DNA of 64,000 bases from an uncultured bacterium (GTDB lineage Bacteria; Auribacterota; Erginobacteria; Erginobacterales; Erginobacteraceae). The stretch lies in NCBI GenBank assembly GCA_963822585.1, contig CAWGIE010000019.1:160001-224000 (forward strand), given 5' to 3'. Both the position numbers and the translations under genes were made by a program. Of this stretch, positions 10,367 to 18,130 are shown piece after piece (positions within the stretch are counted from its first letter, which is position 1; each line of letters opens with the position of its first letter). The notes below the pieces were generated by a model. That model was not told where the DNA came from, ran no database searches, and was given only the letters and a program-made list of their open reading frames with translations.

Positions 10367-10981
10367 ATGAAACTGATTAAATTGCGGTTGAAAACACTGA
10401 TCAGGACCGACGAGGCATATCTGGTCGATCTGGGACAGGGTAAGGTCTGGATACCGAAAAGCGCGATCATGTCCTCCCGAAGGATCGATCAGGGGATTCA
10501 TGAGGTCGAAGTCTTGGAAAGTGTGATCCTGGAAAAGCGCCGGGAGATGCGGAAGATGAAAGAACAGTTGACCGGGCTCAAGGGGTCCATCAGGGGCGAG
10601 GTCATGGAACTGACCGGGAATCTTCTCAAGAAGACCGAATATTCCCTTCTGATTCAGGTCGGCTCCCGGGAGTTATATATCCCCATAGTCTGCTTTTCCG
10701 AATGGCAGGAGCTGCCCGATCACCGATACCGGTTTGTGGTCCAGAAGGATTTCCTTGAATTCAAGCTCCGCCGCCCGGGGGGCGATCAGCAAAAGGCGGT
10801 CAGCACCGTTCGTGCCGAGCTTCTTCAGGAGACCGACCGTGCCTACCTGATAAAATACGAAGGACTGGAAATCTGGTTTCCCAAGCGGGCGGTGATTGAA
10901 GCCCGCGACCGCGGAGAGAAGTGGGAGTTTATGGTGGCGACCGATTTCTGGATGTTCAAGATTGAAGGGCAGATCTCCTGA
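10367..10981 (+). CDS. Hypothetical protein with three internal repeats of about 55 aa
   Basis: TDEAYLVD..WIPKSAI / TEYSLLIQ..YIPIVCF / ETDRAYLIK..WFPKRAV. Confidence 0.75.
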   Translation: MKLIKLRLKTLIRTDEAYLVDLGQGKVWIPKSAIMSSRRIDQGIHEVEVLESVILEKRREMRKMKEQLTGLKGSIRGEVMELTGNLLKKTEYSLLIQVGSRELYIPIVCFSEWQELPDHRYRFVVQKDFLEFKLRRPGGDQQKAVSTVRAELLQETDRAYLIKYEGLEIWFPKRAVIEARDRGEKWEFMVATDFWMFKIEGQIS

Positions 10982-11214
10982 TCCGTCCCGGCCGGTGATA
11001 TTCAGCCGGTTGTTTCCTTACTGTATCGTAAGCCGTCCGATGCCGTATCGTCATTCTGCTCACTTTCCTCAAATGGTGAATCACTGACTTTATTTTACCT
11101 TTCCGCTCAATGCTCAAAACGATCACAATCCGAAGAGCGGATTATGATAGAATATGGTTGTTTTATCCACTGGCTTCAAATAAAATATATTCTTAACATT
11201 ATGGCAAAATAAAA

Positions 11215-11300
11215 AACACTCCAACACTCCAACACTCCAACACTCCAACACTCCAACACTCCAACACTCCAACACTCCAACACTCCAACACTCCAACACT
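11215..11300 (+). repeat. Perfect octamer tandem repeat (AACACTCC)10.75
   Basis: Direct reading; ends 2 nt before the AGGAGG RBS. Confidence 0.95.
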
Positions 11301-11314
11301 ATTAGGAGGCATTC

Positions 11315-11611
11315 ATGTACTTCATCATTTACCGTTACATCCTGAAGCCCGGCAGCACCTTCGACGAGGTCTCCCGTTGGATGCGGAGCAATGAAGCGCT
11401 CCAGGCGCAGTGGGGCGCCCTCGAGGCCGATTTTTATCACCGCGCGGGGGGTATCTCCCCCGATTTTTTTGCCCGTTACAAGGTGAAGAGCGTCGACCGG
11501 TGGTGCGAGGGGCTAAGCAGTTCCGAGGCGGAAGAGATGCTCGAAAACCTGGGGGAGCTGGTTGATACCAGCAAGACGGAAACCTGGATCTTCGAAGAAA
11601 TCCCCTACTGA
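11315..11611 (+). CDS. Hypothetical protein, possibly dimeric alpha+beta barrel fold
   Basis: Strong AGGAGG RBS; 98 aa; pattern Y.LKPG...F..W. Confidence 0.75.
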   Translation: MYFIIYRYILKPGSTFDEVSRWMRSNEALQAQWGALEADFYHRAGGISPDFFARYKVKSVDRWCEGLSSSEAEEMLENLGELVDTSKTETWIFEEIPY

Positions 11612-12297
11612 GCCGATTCGCCGGGCTTAAGCCCGAGCCTGTTTGCTTCCTCCTCGGTCAGCCGGAGCAGGCTCTTCTTGCTGATCTTGGCGGCATCCGC
11701 ACTGTCGGGAGTGTAATAATACTTCCCATTCTTGCCGGTCACGTAGTAGGTGGGAGGCTTCGCCATTGATTTCCCTTCCCAGATCCCCATCCCATGGACA
11801 CGGGCCTTCCGTTCCATCTTTTTCAGGTAATCTTCGTACTTCAGCTTGTTTCCGTAATCATTATATCGAGCATACCCTTCCTTGAGGAGCAGTCCATTCA
11901 CCAGCTCGCCGTCAACGATCACGTAGGCGAGCCTTCGACCATACGCTCCCACGGTGACCCCCTTCTCATAGGCCAGGCCTACCTCGCTCCCGGCGGGGAT
12001 GAGAAGCTTGACGAAATTGGCGGCGTCGCGACCCCAGGGTTCGTCCGGCGGATCCCCCCTATGCTTCCAGATCTCCGGTGAATTGACCCCCAGGAACCTG
12101 ATCCTCTCCCCTTCCTGGGTGACCAGGGTATCGCCGTCGATGACGTACTTGACCGTGACCGTTTCATCGGGGGTAAAGCGTACTTCCGGGGCCGCTTCTT
12201 CTTTTGATCCGCACCCGAAGTTTAAGAGAAGAAGAAGAGGGATTAGATAATGAATCCGCCCCAGCAGTTTTCGATTGCTTCCGAAAAATATTCTCAT
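11605..12297 (-). CDS. Thermonuclease (SNase-like) family lipoprotein
   Basis: VIDGDT, IRFLGVNSPE, YGRRLAYV, NGLLLKEGYA, GIW; hydrophobic leader with Cys. Confidence 0.9.
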   Translation of the reverse strand: MRIFFGSNRKLLGRIHYLIPLLLLLNFGCGSKEEAAPEVRFTPDETVTVKYVIDGDTLVTQEGERIRFLGVNSPEIWKHRGDPPDEPWGRDAANFVKLLIPAGSEVGLAYEKGVTVGAYGRRLAYVIVDGELVNGLLLKEGYARYNDYGNKLKYEDYLKKMERKARVHGMGIWEGKSMAKPPTYYVTGKNGKYYYTPDSADAAKISKKSLLRLTEEEANRLGLKPGESAQ

Positions 12298-12335
12298 GGT
12301 TTGCCTCCCCCTTTTATTGTACTCTCTTAAATTAT

Positions 12336-12547
12336 CGCCTCCGGCGCTAATTTAGTGGGTTTTTTATCTTACAACAATAGAAGATTGTTTACGTCATTTT
12401 GATCAGTTTCAATCCAACTATTCACGTCCAAACGGTAAGTCATTGTTATCATAAAACAAAATCATAAATTGTTATTTTAGCTGTCTTTTCGTCTGTTTCG
12501 GAATTTCAATAATTGGATTTTTCCGATTATTGAAATTCCGAAATAGG
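12336..12547 (-). repeat. Dispersed leader element, copy A (54-nt hairpin + AT-rich core + GCGCCGGAGGCG hairpin)
   Basis: Homologous to 17039-17215, 53701-53807 and 62478-62756. Confidence 0.75.
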
Positions 12548-12597
12548 GACATAGACTGTATACGGTTCAAATTAATTTAAACGCGGGAGGGCTACCT

Positions 12598-13365
12598 ATG
12601 TCAAGGTTCTTCATTTCTGGACTGTTTTTCATCTTTCTGCTGCTTCCTTTGTCGGCGGCGCGGGGGCAATTTGCCTCTCCCCCGGCGACGGGACAGGAAC
12701 CGGGCGTCGGGGGAAAGCTGGACCTTGACTTCAGCTCCCAGTATATCTGGCGTGGACTGGAGCTGAACCATCAGGGGGTCTTTCAGCCGGCGGTCCGCCT
12801 GGGAGACAGCGGGATCGAAGTGGCGGCATTGGGCAACATGGATCTGACCGACGCCAACGAGAACCGGGGCAAATTTACCCGTTTTATTTACCGCGGAGGC
12901 CTGGCCCGGCGGACCCGGGAGGCGGACGTCGCCCTTTCCTATATCTACTATGATAACCGGGAGATCGGCTATCCCAAAACCCAGGAGGTCGCGCTGGAGG
13001 TCCGCTGGGGTTACCCTTTCTTCGTTGGAGAGGATGTATACTGGGACTTCGACAACGCCGACGGCTTTTATTTCAACTCCTCGATCGGTTTCTTCGGGGA
13101 TATCGGCCACCTCCGGATCATCCCCAAGGTCGCGCTCGGCTACGCCACCAGCCACTACGAAGATCACTATTTCGGCGTCCACGAGAACTCGTTTTTGGAC
13201 GTCACGGCATCCCTCGCCCTGGAACTGCAGGTCGTGGGACCGCTCTTCCTCGTGGCTGAAGGCGATTACTACGAGCTGGCCAAGAGCGGACTTCGGCATT
13301 CCGATTTGGCCCCCTCGCAGGGGAAAAACTTCTGGGCCCAGGGCGCCGTCTCTTGTCGCTTTTGA
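12598..13365 (+). CDS. Outer-membrane beta-barrel protein (TorF/MipA-like putative porin)
   Basis: Signal peptide, SQYIWRG, amphipathic strands, C-terminal Phe. Confidence 0.7.
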   Translation: MSRFFISGLFFIFLLLPLSAARGQFASPPATGQEPGVGGKLDLDFSSQYIWRGLELNHQGVFQPAVRLGDSGIEVAALGNMDLTDANENRGKFTRFIYRGGLARRTREADVALSYIYYDNREIGYPKTQEVALEVRWGYPFFVGEDVYWDFDNADGFYFNSSIGFFGDIGHLRIIPKVALGYATSHYEDHYFGVHENSFLDVTASLALELQVVGPLFLVAEGDYYELAKSGLRHSDLAPSQGKNFWAQGAVSCRF

Positions 13366-13396
13366 AATACATTCGCTCGCTGCGCTCGCGCATGTA

Positions 13397-13589
13397 TGTA
13401 GGATCGTCCTTCACTTCGTTCAGGACTTGCAGTAGTTGTAGTAAATGTAGTATCGCCGGGCCGGAGGCCCGGCTTGCTGAACTGCAAGCGACTGCCGGAG
13501 GCAGGAAGCGATCCTACAATTCCTACAAAGAATGCCGAAGGCATTCTGATCCTACAAGTCCCTAAGTGGAACGAAGGGACGATCCTACA
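13397..13589. repeat. Composite palindromic element with 13-bp perfect terminal inverted repeats and nested hairpins
   Basis: TGTAGGATCGTCC ... GGACGATCCTACA; partial copies at 52904-53004 and 56557-56575. Confidence 0.8.
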
Positions 13590-13595
13590 CTTCGA

Positions 13596-13991
13596 CTAGA
13601 ATATCTTGGGGGTGGCGGGCGGGGGGCCGAGTAATGACGGCGGGGGGTCTTCTTTCTTCTCCGTCTCCGGAGGGGGAGCGGGCCGGAGACGGAACTCGGC
13701 GCAGGTATCGGTCGCCTCGACCTCTTTCTGGCGGAGAACACACTTCTGAATAAAGGGGTTGACGACGTAGTGAAGGCAACGGTGACAGACCTTCTTCAAG
13801 GCGCCGTCCTGCATCCAGTCCGGAGATTTCTCTTCGATCGCCTCCGGCTCTTCGCCGCCGAACTCAAAACCGCAGAAGGCGCAGGTCTTGATCTCTCCGA
13901 CCGGGGTAAAGCCGTCGTATTTCTTCACCACCCGGATGGCGGATTCCTGTCGGCAGTATGGGCAGAATATCTTTTTTGTCGGAGCGCTCAT
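13596..13991 (-). CDS. Cys-rich hypothetical protein (two probable metal-binding modules)
   Basis: CPYC..CAFC and CHRC.H..C..C motifs; co-oriented with the Mo-enzyme genes. Confidence 0.7.
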   Translation of the reverse strand: MSAPTKKIFCPYCRQESAIRVVKKYDGFTPVGEIKTCAFCGFEFGGEEPEAIEEKSPDWMQDGALKKVCHRCLHYVVNPFIQKCVLRQKEVEATDTCAEFRLRPAPPPETEKKEDPPPSLLGPPPATPKIF

Positions 13992-14030
13992 CACCCGTTC
14001 CCGGGGTAAAACGCTTCCCTGCTTACGCGC

Positions 14031-14513
14031 TTACGGTTTCACGGCTTGTGCGAGATAGTCGCGGGCCAGCAGCGCTCCTTTCCAGATCGCTTCGTAACCG
14101 GTGCAGCGGCAGAGATGCAGGGCAAGGGCCTCCCTGATCTCTTCATCGGCGGCCTGCGGGGACTTGTTGAAGAGCGCGTAGAGCTCCATCACGATCCCGG
14201 GCATGCAGTAACCGCACTGAACGGCCCCGGCGTCGATCAAAGCCTGCTGGATCGGATGCAGACGGGTGCCCTCCGCCACCCCTTCGATGGTGACCACGTC
14301 CGCCCCCGCCAGCTTGCCGGCCGGGAAGACGCAGCTTTTCTTCGCCTCACCGTTCACCACTACCACGCAGGCGCCGCAGGCGGCGTCGTCGCAGCCGCGC
14401 TTGGTTCCGGTCAGGCCCAGTTTCTCCCGCAGAATAAAGATCAGCTTTTCTCCCCCTTCGATCTCCACCGTCCGGGGGGTGCCGTTGACGGTAAATGTAA
14501 TCTTCTCTGACAT
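14031..14513 (-). CDS. (2Fe-2S)-binding small subunit, CoxS/XdhC-type
   Basis: GTKRGCDDAACGAC, QCGYCMPG, HLCRCTGY. Confidence 0.95.
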   Translation of the reverse strand: MSEKITFTVNGTPRTVEIEGGEKLIFILREKLGLTGTKRGCDDAACGACVVVVNGEAKKSCVFPAGKLAGADVVTIEGVAEGTRLHPIQQALIDAGAVQCGYCMPGIVMELYALFNKSPQAADEEIREALALHLCRCTGYEAIWKGALLARDYLAQAVKP

Positions 14514-14536
14514 AATTTCTATCCTTAGGTTATTTC

Positions 14537-14628
14537 ACCACGAAGAACACGAAGGACACGAAGAAGAAAAACTGAGAATACAGTTTAATATTCGCATTCA
14601 CCTTCGTGATCTTCGTGTCCTTCGTGGT
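14537..14628. repeat. Nonamer-periodic inverted repeat (CACGAAGRA x3 / CTTCGTG x3)
   Basis: ACCACGAAGAACACGAAGGACACGAAG ... CTTCGTGATCTTCGTGTCCTTCGTGGT. Confidence 0.85.
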
Positions 14629-14693
14629 TATATTATTTCTTTTATACGATACAGGTTCCTCACGGAGTTTGAGCCTTAAATCCGCAGGGCCGA

Positions 14694-17012
14694 TCATTTG
14701 TTAACCAGAGCTTCCTTGATCTGTTCTTTGGTCACTGGAATCTCGTAGAAATCGACACCGATCGCGTCATAGACGGCGTTCAATACCGCCGGGGCGACAC
14801 CGACCAGAGGATGCTCCCCGATACCCCGGGCCCCGAACGGTCCGATCTCACCCGGGGTCTCGACAAACTCAATCGTCTGTTTGGCCGGGGCGTCCTTGAT
14901 GGTGGGGAAGCGGTATTTGCGGAAAGTAGGATTGAGAGCGTTGCCGTTTTCATCGAACCTGAGCTCCTCATGCAGCGACGCCCCGAGACCCATCATGACC
15001 CCTCCCGCGACCTGGCCCCGGATCTGGACCGGGTTGATTACCCGGCCCACGTCGAAAGCCGACGCGAAATGATCGATCAGGACCTCACCCGTCTTCTTGT
15101 CGATCCTGAGTTCGCAGGCCTGGGCACCGAATGTGTAGGTGATCCCCATCCGGCCCTGGCCGTTCTCGTCCGGGTTCGACTGCAGGGGCAGCCGGGCGTC
15201 CGAGGTGGTATGAACGACGTCGCCGACCGTCACCCCGTCCGGGAAGGTATAGCCGCGGCCCAGCTCGGGGACGGGGATACGGACCGTCGGATCGGCTTTC
15301 AGAAAGACGTAGTCTCCATCGTAATCGAGACGGTCCACTTCGACCCGGAGCACTATCGAGGCGGTCTCTTTCAGCTTGGCGATCGCCTTCTCGGCCGCCC
15401 GCACGACGGCCCGTCCGCCCTGGGTGGTGAACATGGAGCCGATCGTCTGCCACTCCCAGGGACTGAACTGGGTATCGATCTCGGTATACACCCGGATCCG
15501 TTCGGGAGCGATCCGGAGAGCTTCGGCGGCGACCATCCGGACGACGTTCCGCAACCCCTGTCCGACCTCCGCCCCCCCCATGTTGATCGAGACCGACCCG
15601 TCCCGGTTGAACTTGAGATAACAGCTCTTGGACGAAAAGGGCGCTCCTTTGGGCGATTTCATCACGGCGGCGAAACCCCTTCCGTAATAATACCGGTCGT
15701 CCTCGGCTTTTTCTTTCGGCTTCGCGAAGACCGCTGCGCGGATGATCTCCGCGCATTTTTTCACATTCCCGTTGCTCTTATGGAGCGTCTCCCCCAGCGA
15801 GGTGACCTTGCCCGGGCCGAGATAGTTTTTCTCCCGCAGATTGAAAGGATCCAGCCCGAGTTTGCGGGCCAGAATGTCCATCATCCGTTCCATCGCCAGT
15901 TGTGACTCCTGGTGGCCGTATCCCCGGAAAGCCCCCACGGGGGGAGTATTGGTATAGACAGAGTAACCGTCAAGGTAGCAGTTCGGGAATTCGTATGTCC
16001 CGGTGGAATTGTGGGTGGCGGCGATCAGGACGTGAACACCGGTATCGGCGGAGGCGCCGGTGGAATGGAGAATCCGGGTCTGGAGAGCGGTCAGCGTTCC
16101 GTCCTTCTTCGCTCCGATCTTGATCTGGGTCCGGATCCCGTGCCCGATCAGGGTGCTCAGAAAATCTTCCTTCCGGGTCGCGACCCATTTAACCGGGCGA
16201 CCGGGTATCTGGCTGGCGATGTAGGCGATGGTCTGCTCGACGGTGATGTCCGACTTGTAGCCGAAACAGCCTCCCAGCTCCGGGATGTGAACCCGGACAT
16301 CGGAGATGGGCAGCCCGTAGACCCGGGCCACCTCCTCGCGGATGATGAAGGGACAGATGGAGGAAGACCAGACCTCGATGGTTTTGTCCTCGTGAAACCA
16401 GGCGATCGCGCCGTGGGGTTCGATCGCGGAACAGGATCCGAAAGGATAGTTAAACTCTCCCTCCACCACCACGTCGGCTTCTTTCCATCCCTGCTCGATA
16501 TCTCCCTTGCGCACCGTGTATCGGTTGGCGATGTTGGTCCCGGCCTGCGGGGCGATCCCGGGAAGATGCCAGAAATCGCCGCTGTCCTCGTGGATCAGGA
16601 CGGCGTCTTCCTTCAACGCGTCCCGGGCATCGACATACGCCGGAAGCGGCTCATACTCGACTTTGATCTTTTTGAGAGCCTCCCTGGCCTGCTGGAGTGT
16701 CTCCGCGACGACCGCGACGACCGGCTGGCCGATGTAATTCACCTTATCGACCGCGATCGGCGTCAGGTCCCGGATATTGTCGCCGTAGACCAGGTCGCAC
16801 CCTTTGCCGGTGATCACCTTCACCACCCCCTCGCACTTTTCCGCTCCGGCGGCGTCGATGGAGAGTAACCGGGCATGGGCGTAATCGGGCCGGAGGATGG
16901 CGGCGTGGAGCATCCCGGGAAGTTTGATGTCGTCGAGGAACTGGACCCGGCCGGTGATCTTGGCGGCGGCATCGGGTCGGGGGATATCTTTGCCGATATA
17001 CTTGAAAGCCAT
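14694..17012 (-). CDS. Xanthine dehydrogenase family molybdopterin-binding subunit
   Basis: GGCFGYK, AFRGYG, EVGQG, GQVAGG, GPFGARGIGE. Confidence 0.95.
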   Translation of the reverse strand: MAFKYIGKDIPRPDAAAKITGRVQFLDDIKLPGMLHAAILRPDYAHARLLSIDAAGAEKCEGVVKVITGKGCDLVYGDNIRDLTPIAVDKVNYIGQPVVAVVAETLQQAREALKKIKVEYEPLPAYVDARDALKEDAVLIHEDSGDFWHLPGIAPQAGTNIANRYTVRKGDIEQGWKEADVVVEGEFNYPFGSCSAIEPHGAIAWFHEDKTIEVWSSSICPFIIREEVARVYGLPISDVRVHIPELGGCFGYKSDITVEQTIAYIASQIPGRPVKWVATRKEDFLSTLIGHGIRTQIKIGAKKDGTLTALQTRILHSTGASADTGVHVLIAATHNSTGTYEFPNCYLDGYSVYTNTPPVGAFRGYGHQESQLAMERMMDILARKLGLDPFNLREKNYLGPGKVTSLGETLHKSNGNVKKCAEIIRAAVFAKPKEKAEDDRYYYGRGFAAVMKSPKGAPFSSKSCYLKFNRDGSVSINMGGAEVGQGLRNVVRMVAAEALRIAPERIRVYTEIDTQFSPWEWQTIGSMFTTQGGRAVVRAAEKAIAKLKETASIVLRVEVDRLDYDGDYVFLKADPTVRIPVPELGRGYTFPDGVTVGDVVHTTSDARLPLQSNPDENGQGRMGITYTFGAQACELRIDKKTGEVLIDHFASAFDVGRVINPVQIRGQVAGGVMMGLGASLHEELRFDENGNALNPTFRKYRFPTIKDAPAKQTIEFVETPGEIGPFGARGIGEHPLVGVAPAVLNAVYDAIGVDFYEIPVTKEQIKEALVNK

Positions 17013-17038
17013 TGCGTGCGATCTCCTTTATAAATCAG

Positions 17039-17215
17039 CGCCTCCGGCGCTTATTTAGTGTGTTTTTTATTTTAATATAAAAGGAAATGGCTAACGTTGT
17101 TCTGATTAGTTTAAATCCAACGTCTCCTGCCGGAACGGCAAACCAGTGGAATCATAAAACAATAACCTGCTATTTGGTTTTAGTTCCTTTTCTCTCCTGT
17201 TTCCGGATTTTCCTA
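17039..17215 (-). repeat. Dispersed leader element, copy B
   Basis: Colinear by eye with 12336-12510 (CGCCTCCGGCGCT.ATTTAGTG.GTTTTTTAT, AATCCAAC, ATCATAAAACAA, CTGTTTC). Confidence 0.75.
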
Positions 17216-17474
17216 TTACTATTTTTCGACGAAAAACGGATGAACAGATAATAATACACGATTCGACGGGATAATTCAAACTATATTATACTTTGACGCC
17301 GGAGAGCTCCGGTCGTTGAAGGAAATCCCGGAGAGATAATTTCAATTGCCTTCCCCGGCGGACCCTGATATAGATTATGGACAGTATAGTTTAAGTGGGC
17401 TTTCACGCCCCCCCTTCAGGCACTCGTGGAAAACGGTATCCTCACGGAAACACGGACACTTGGGAGGTAGCAAC

Positions 17475-18029
17475 ATGAATGATATCGTGATGACGGAACG
17501 CAGTCTTCTCACCCGGCACTGGTGGGCACTCGCCGCTCGGGGAGTAATCGCCATATTGCTCGGACTGCTGGCTTTCATCTGGCCCGGACTCTTCGCCGAT
17601 GCTTTTGTCATCATTTTCGGCGTCTTTTTCCTGGTCCAGGGCATCACCGCCCTTTTCACCGCCGCCGATTTGCGGAAGGAGGAACACCGGGGATCGATCA
17701 TCTTCGGGGGGCTGGTCGGCATCGGGGTGGGGCTGGCCATCCTTCTTTTCCCGACGGTCTTCATGGTCATCATCATCTGGGTGATCGCTTTCTGGGCCCT
17801 GGTGACCGGCATCCTGGAGATGAGCGCCTCCTTCCAGCTGCCGGGCGGCGCCGGCGGAAAATGGCTGCTCTTCTTAAGCGGTGTTTTCTCGGTTATCATC
17901 GGCCTGATCCTGCTTACCCGGCCCGGGGCAGGCATTTTGGCGGTTCTCTGGCTGATCGGCATCTACGCGATCATCGCCGGCATCACCCTGCTGGGACTGT
18001 CCTTCAGACTCCGCTCTCAATTGAAGTAA
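17475..18029 (+). CDS. HdeD/DUF308 family membrane protein
   Basis: WWALAARGVIAILLG...WPG; six hydrophobic helices; GGAGG RBS. Confidence 0.9.
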   Translation: MNDIVMTERSLLTRHWWALAARGVIAILLGLLAFIWPGLFADAFVIIFGVFFLVQGITALFTAADLRKEEHRGSIIFGGLVGIGVGLAILLFPTVFMVIIIWVIAFWALVTGILEMSASFQLPGGAGGKWLLFLSGVFSVIIGLILLTRPGAGILAVLWLIGIYAIIAGITLLGLSFRLRSQLK

Positions 18030-18130
18030 ATCGGCCGGTCGGCGGCTGCAAAGAGCGTATCCTCCTCCCGGGGACACGTTCCGTGGAGTGTCGCGCCCGG
18101 AAACCGTCAACCATATTCCGGCCTCGAATC

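Noticed and set aside
11123..11440. ORF with VLECWSVG repeats
   Set aside because: Antisense translation of the octamer tract, overlapping a better-supported gene
14811..16868. Long plus-strand ORFs (364 and 318 aa), and similar shadows such as 44844-46391 and 48830-50227
   Set aside because: Antisense shadows of well-supported genes in GC-rich DNA
17087..17251. 54-aa ORF MANVVLISLNP inside leader element copy B
   Set aside because: The equivalent frame in copy A has no start and an earlier stop, so coding is not conserved
17522..18130. 203-aa N-terminal extension of the SpoIIE ORF
   Set aside because: Overlaps hdeD in another frame; the plausible start is MRLRTRL at 18131
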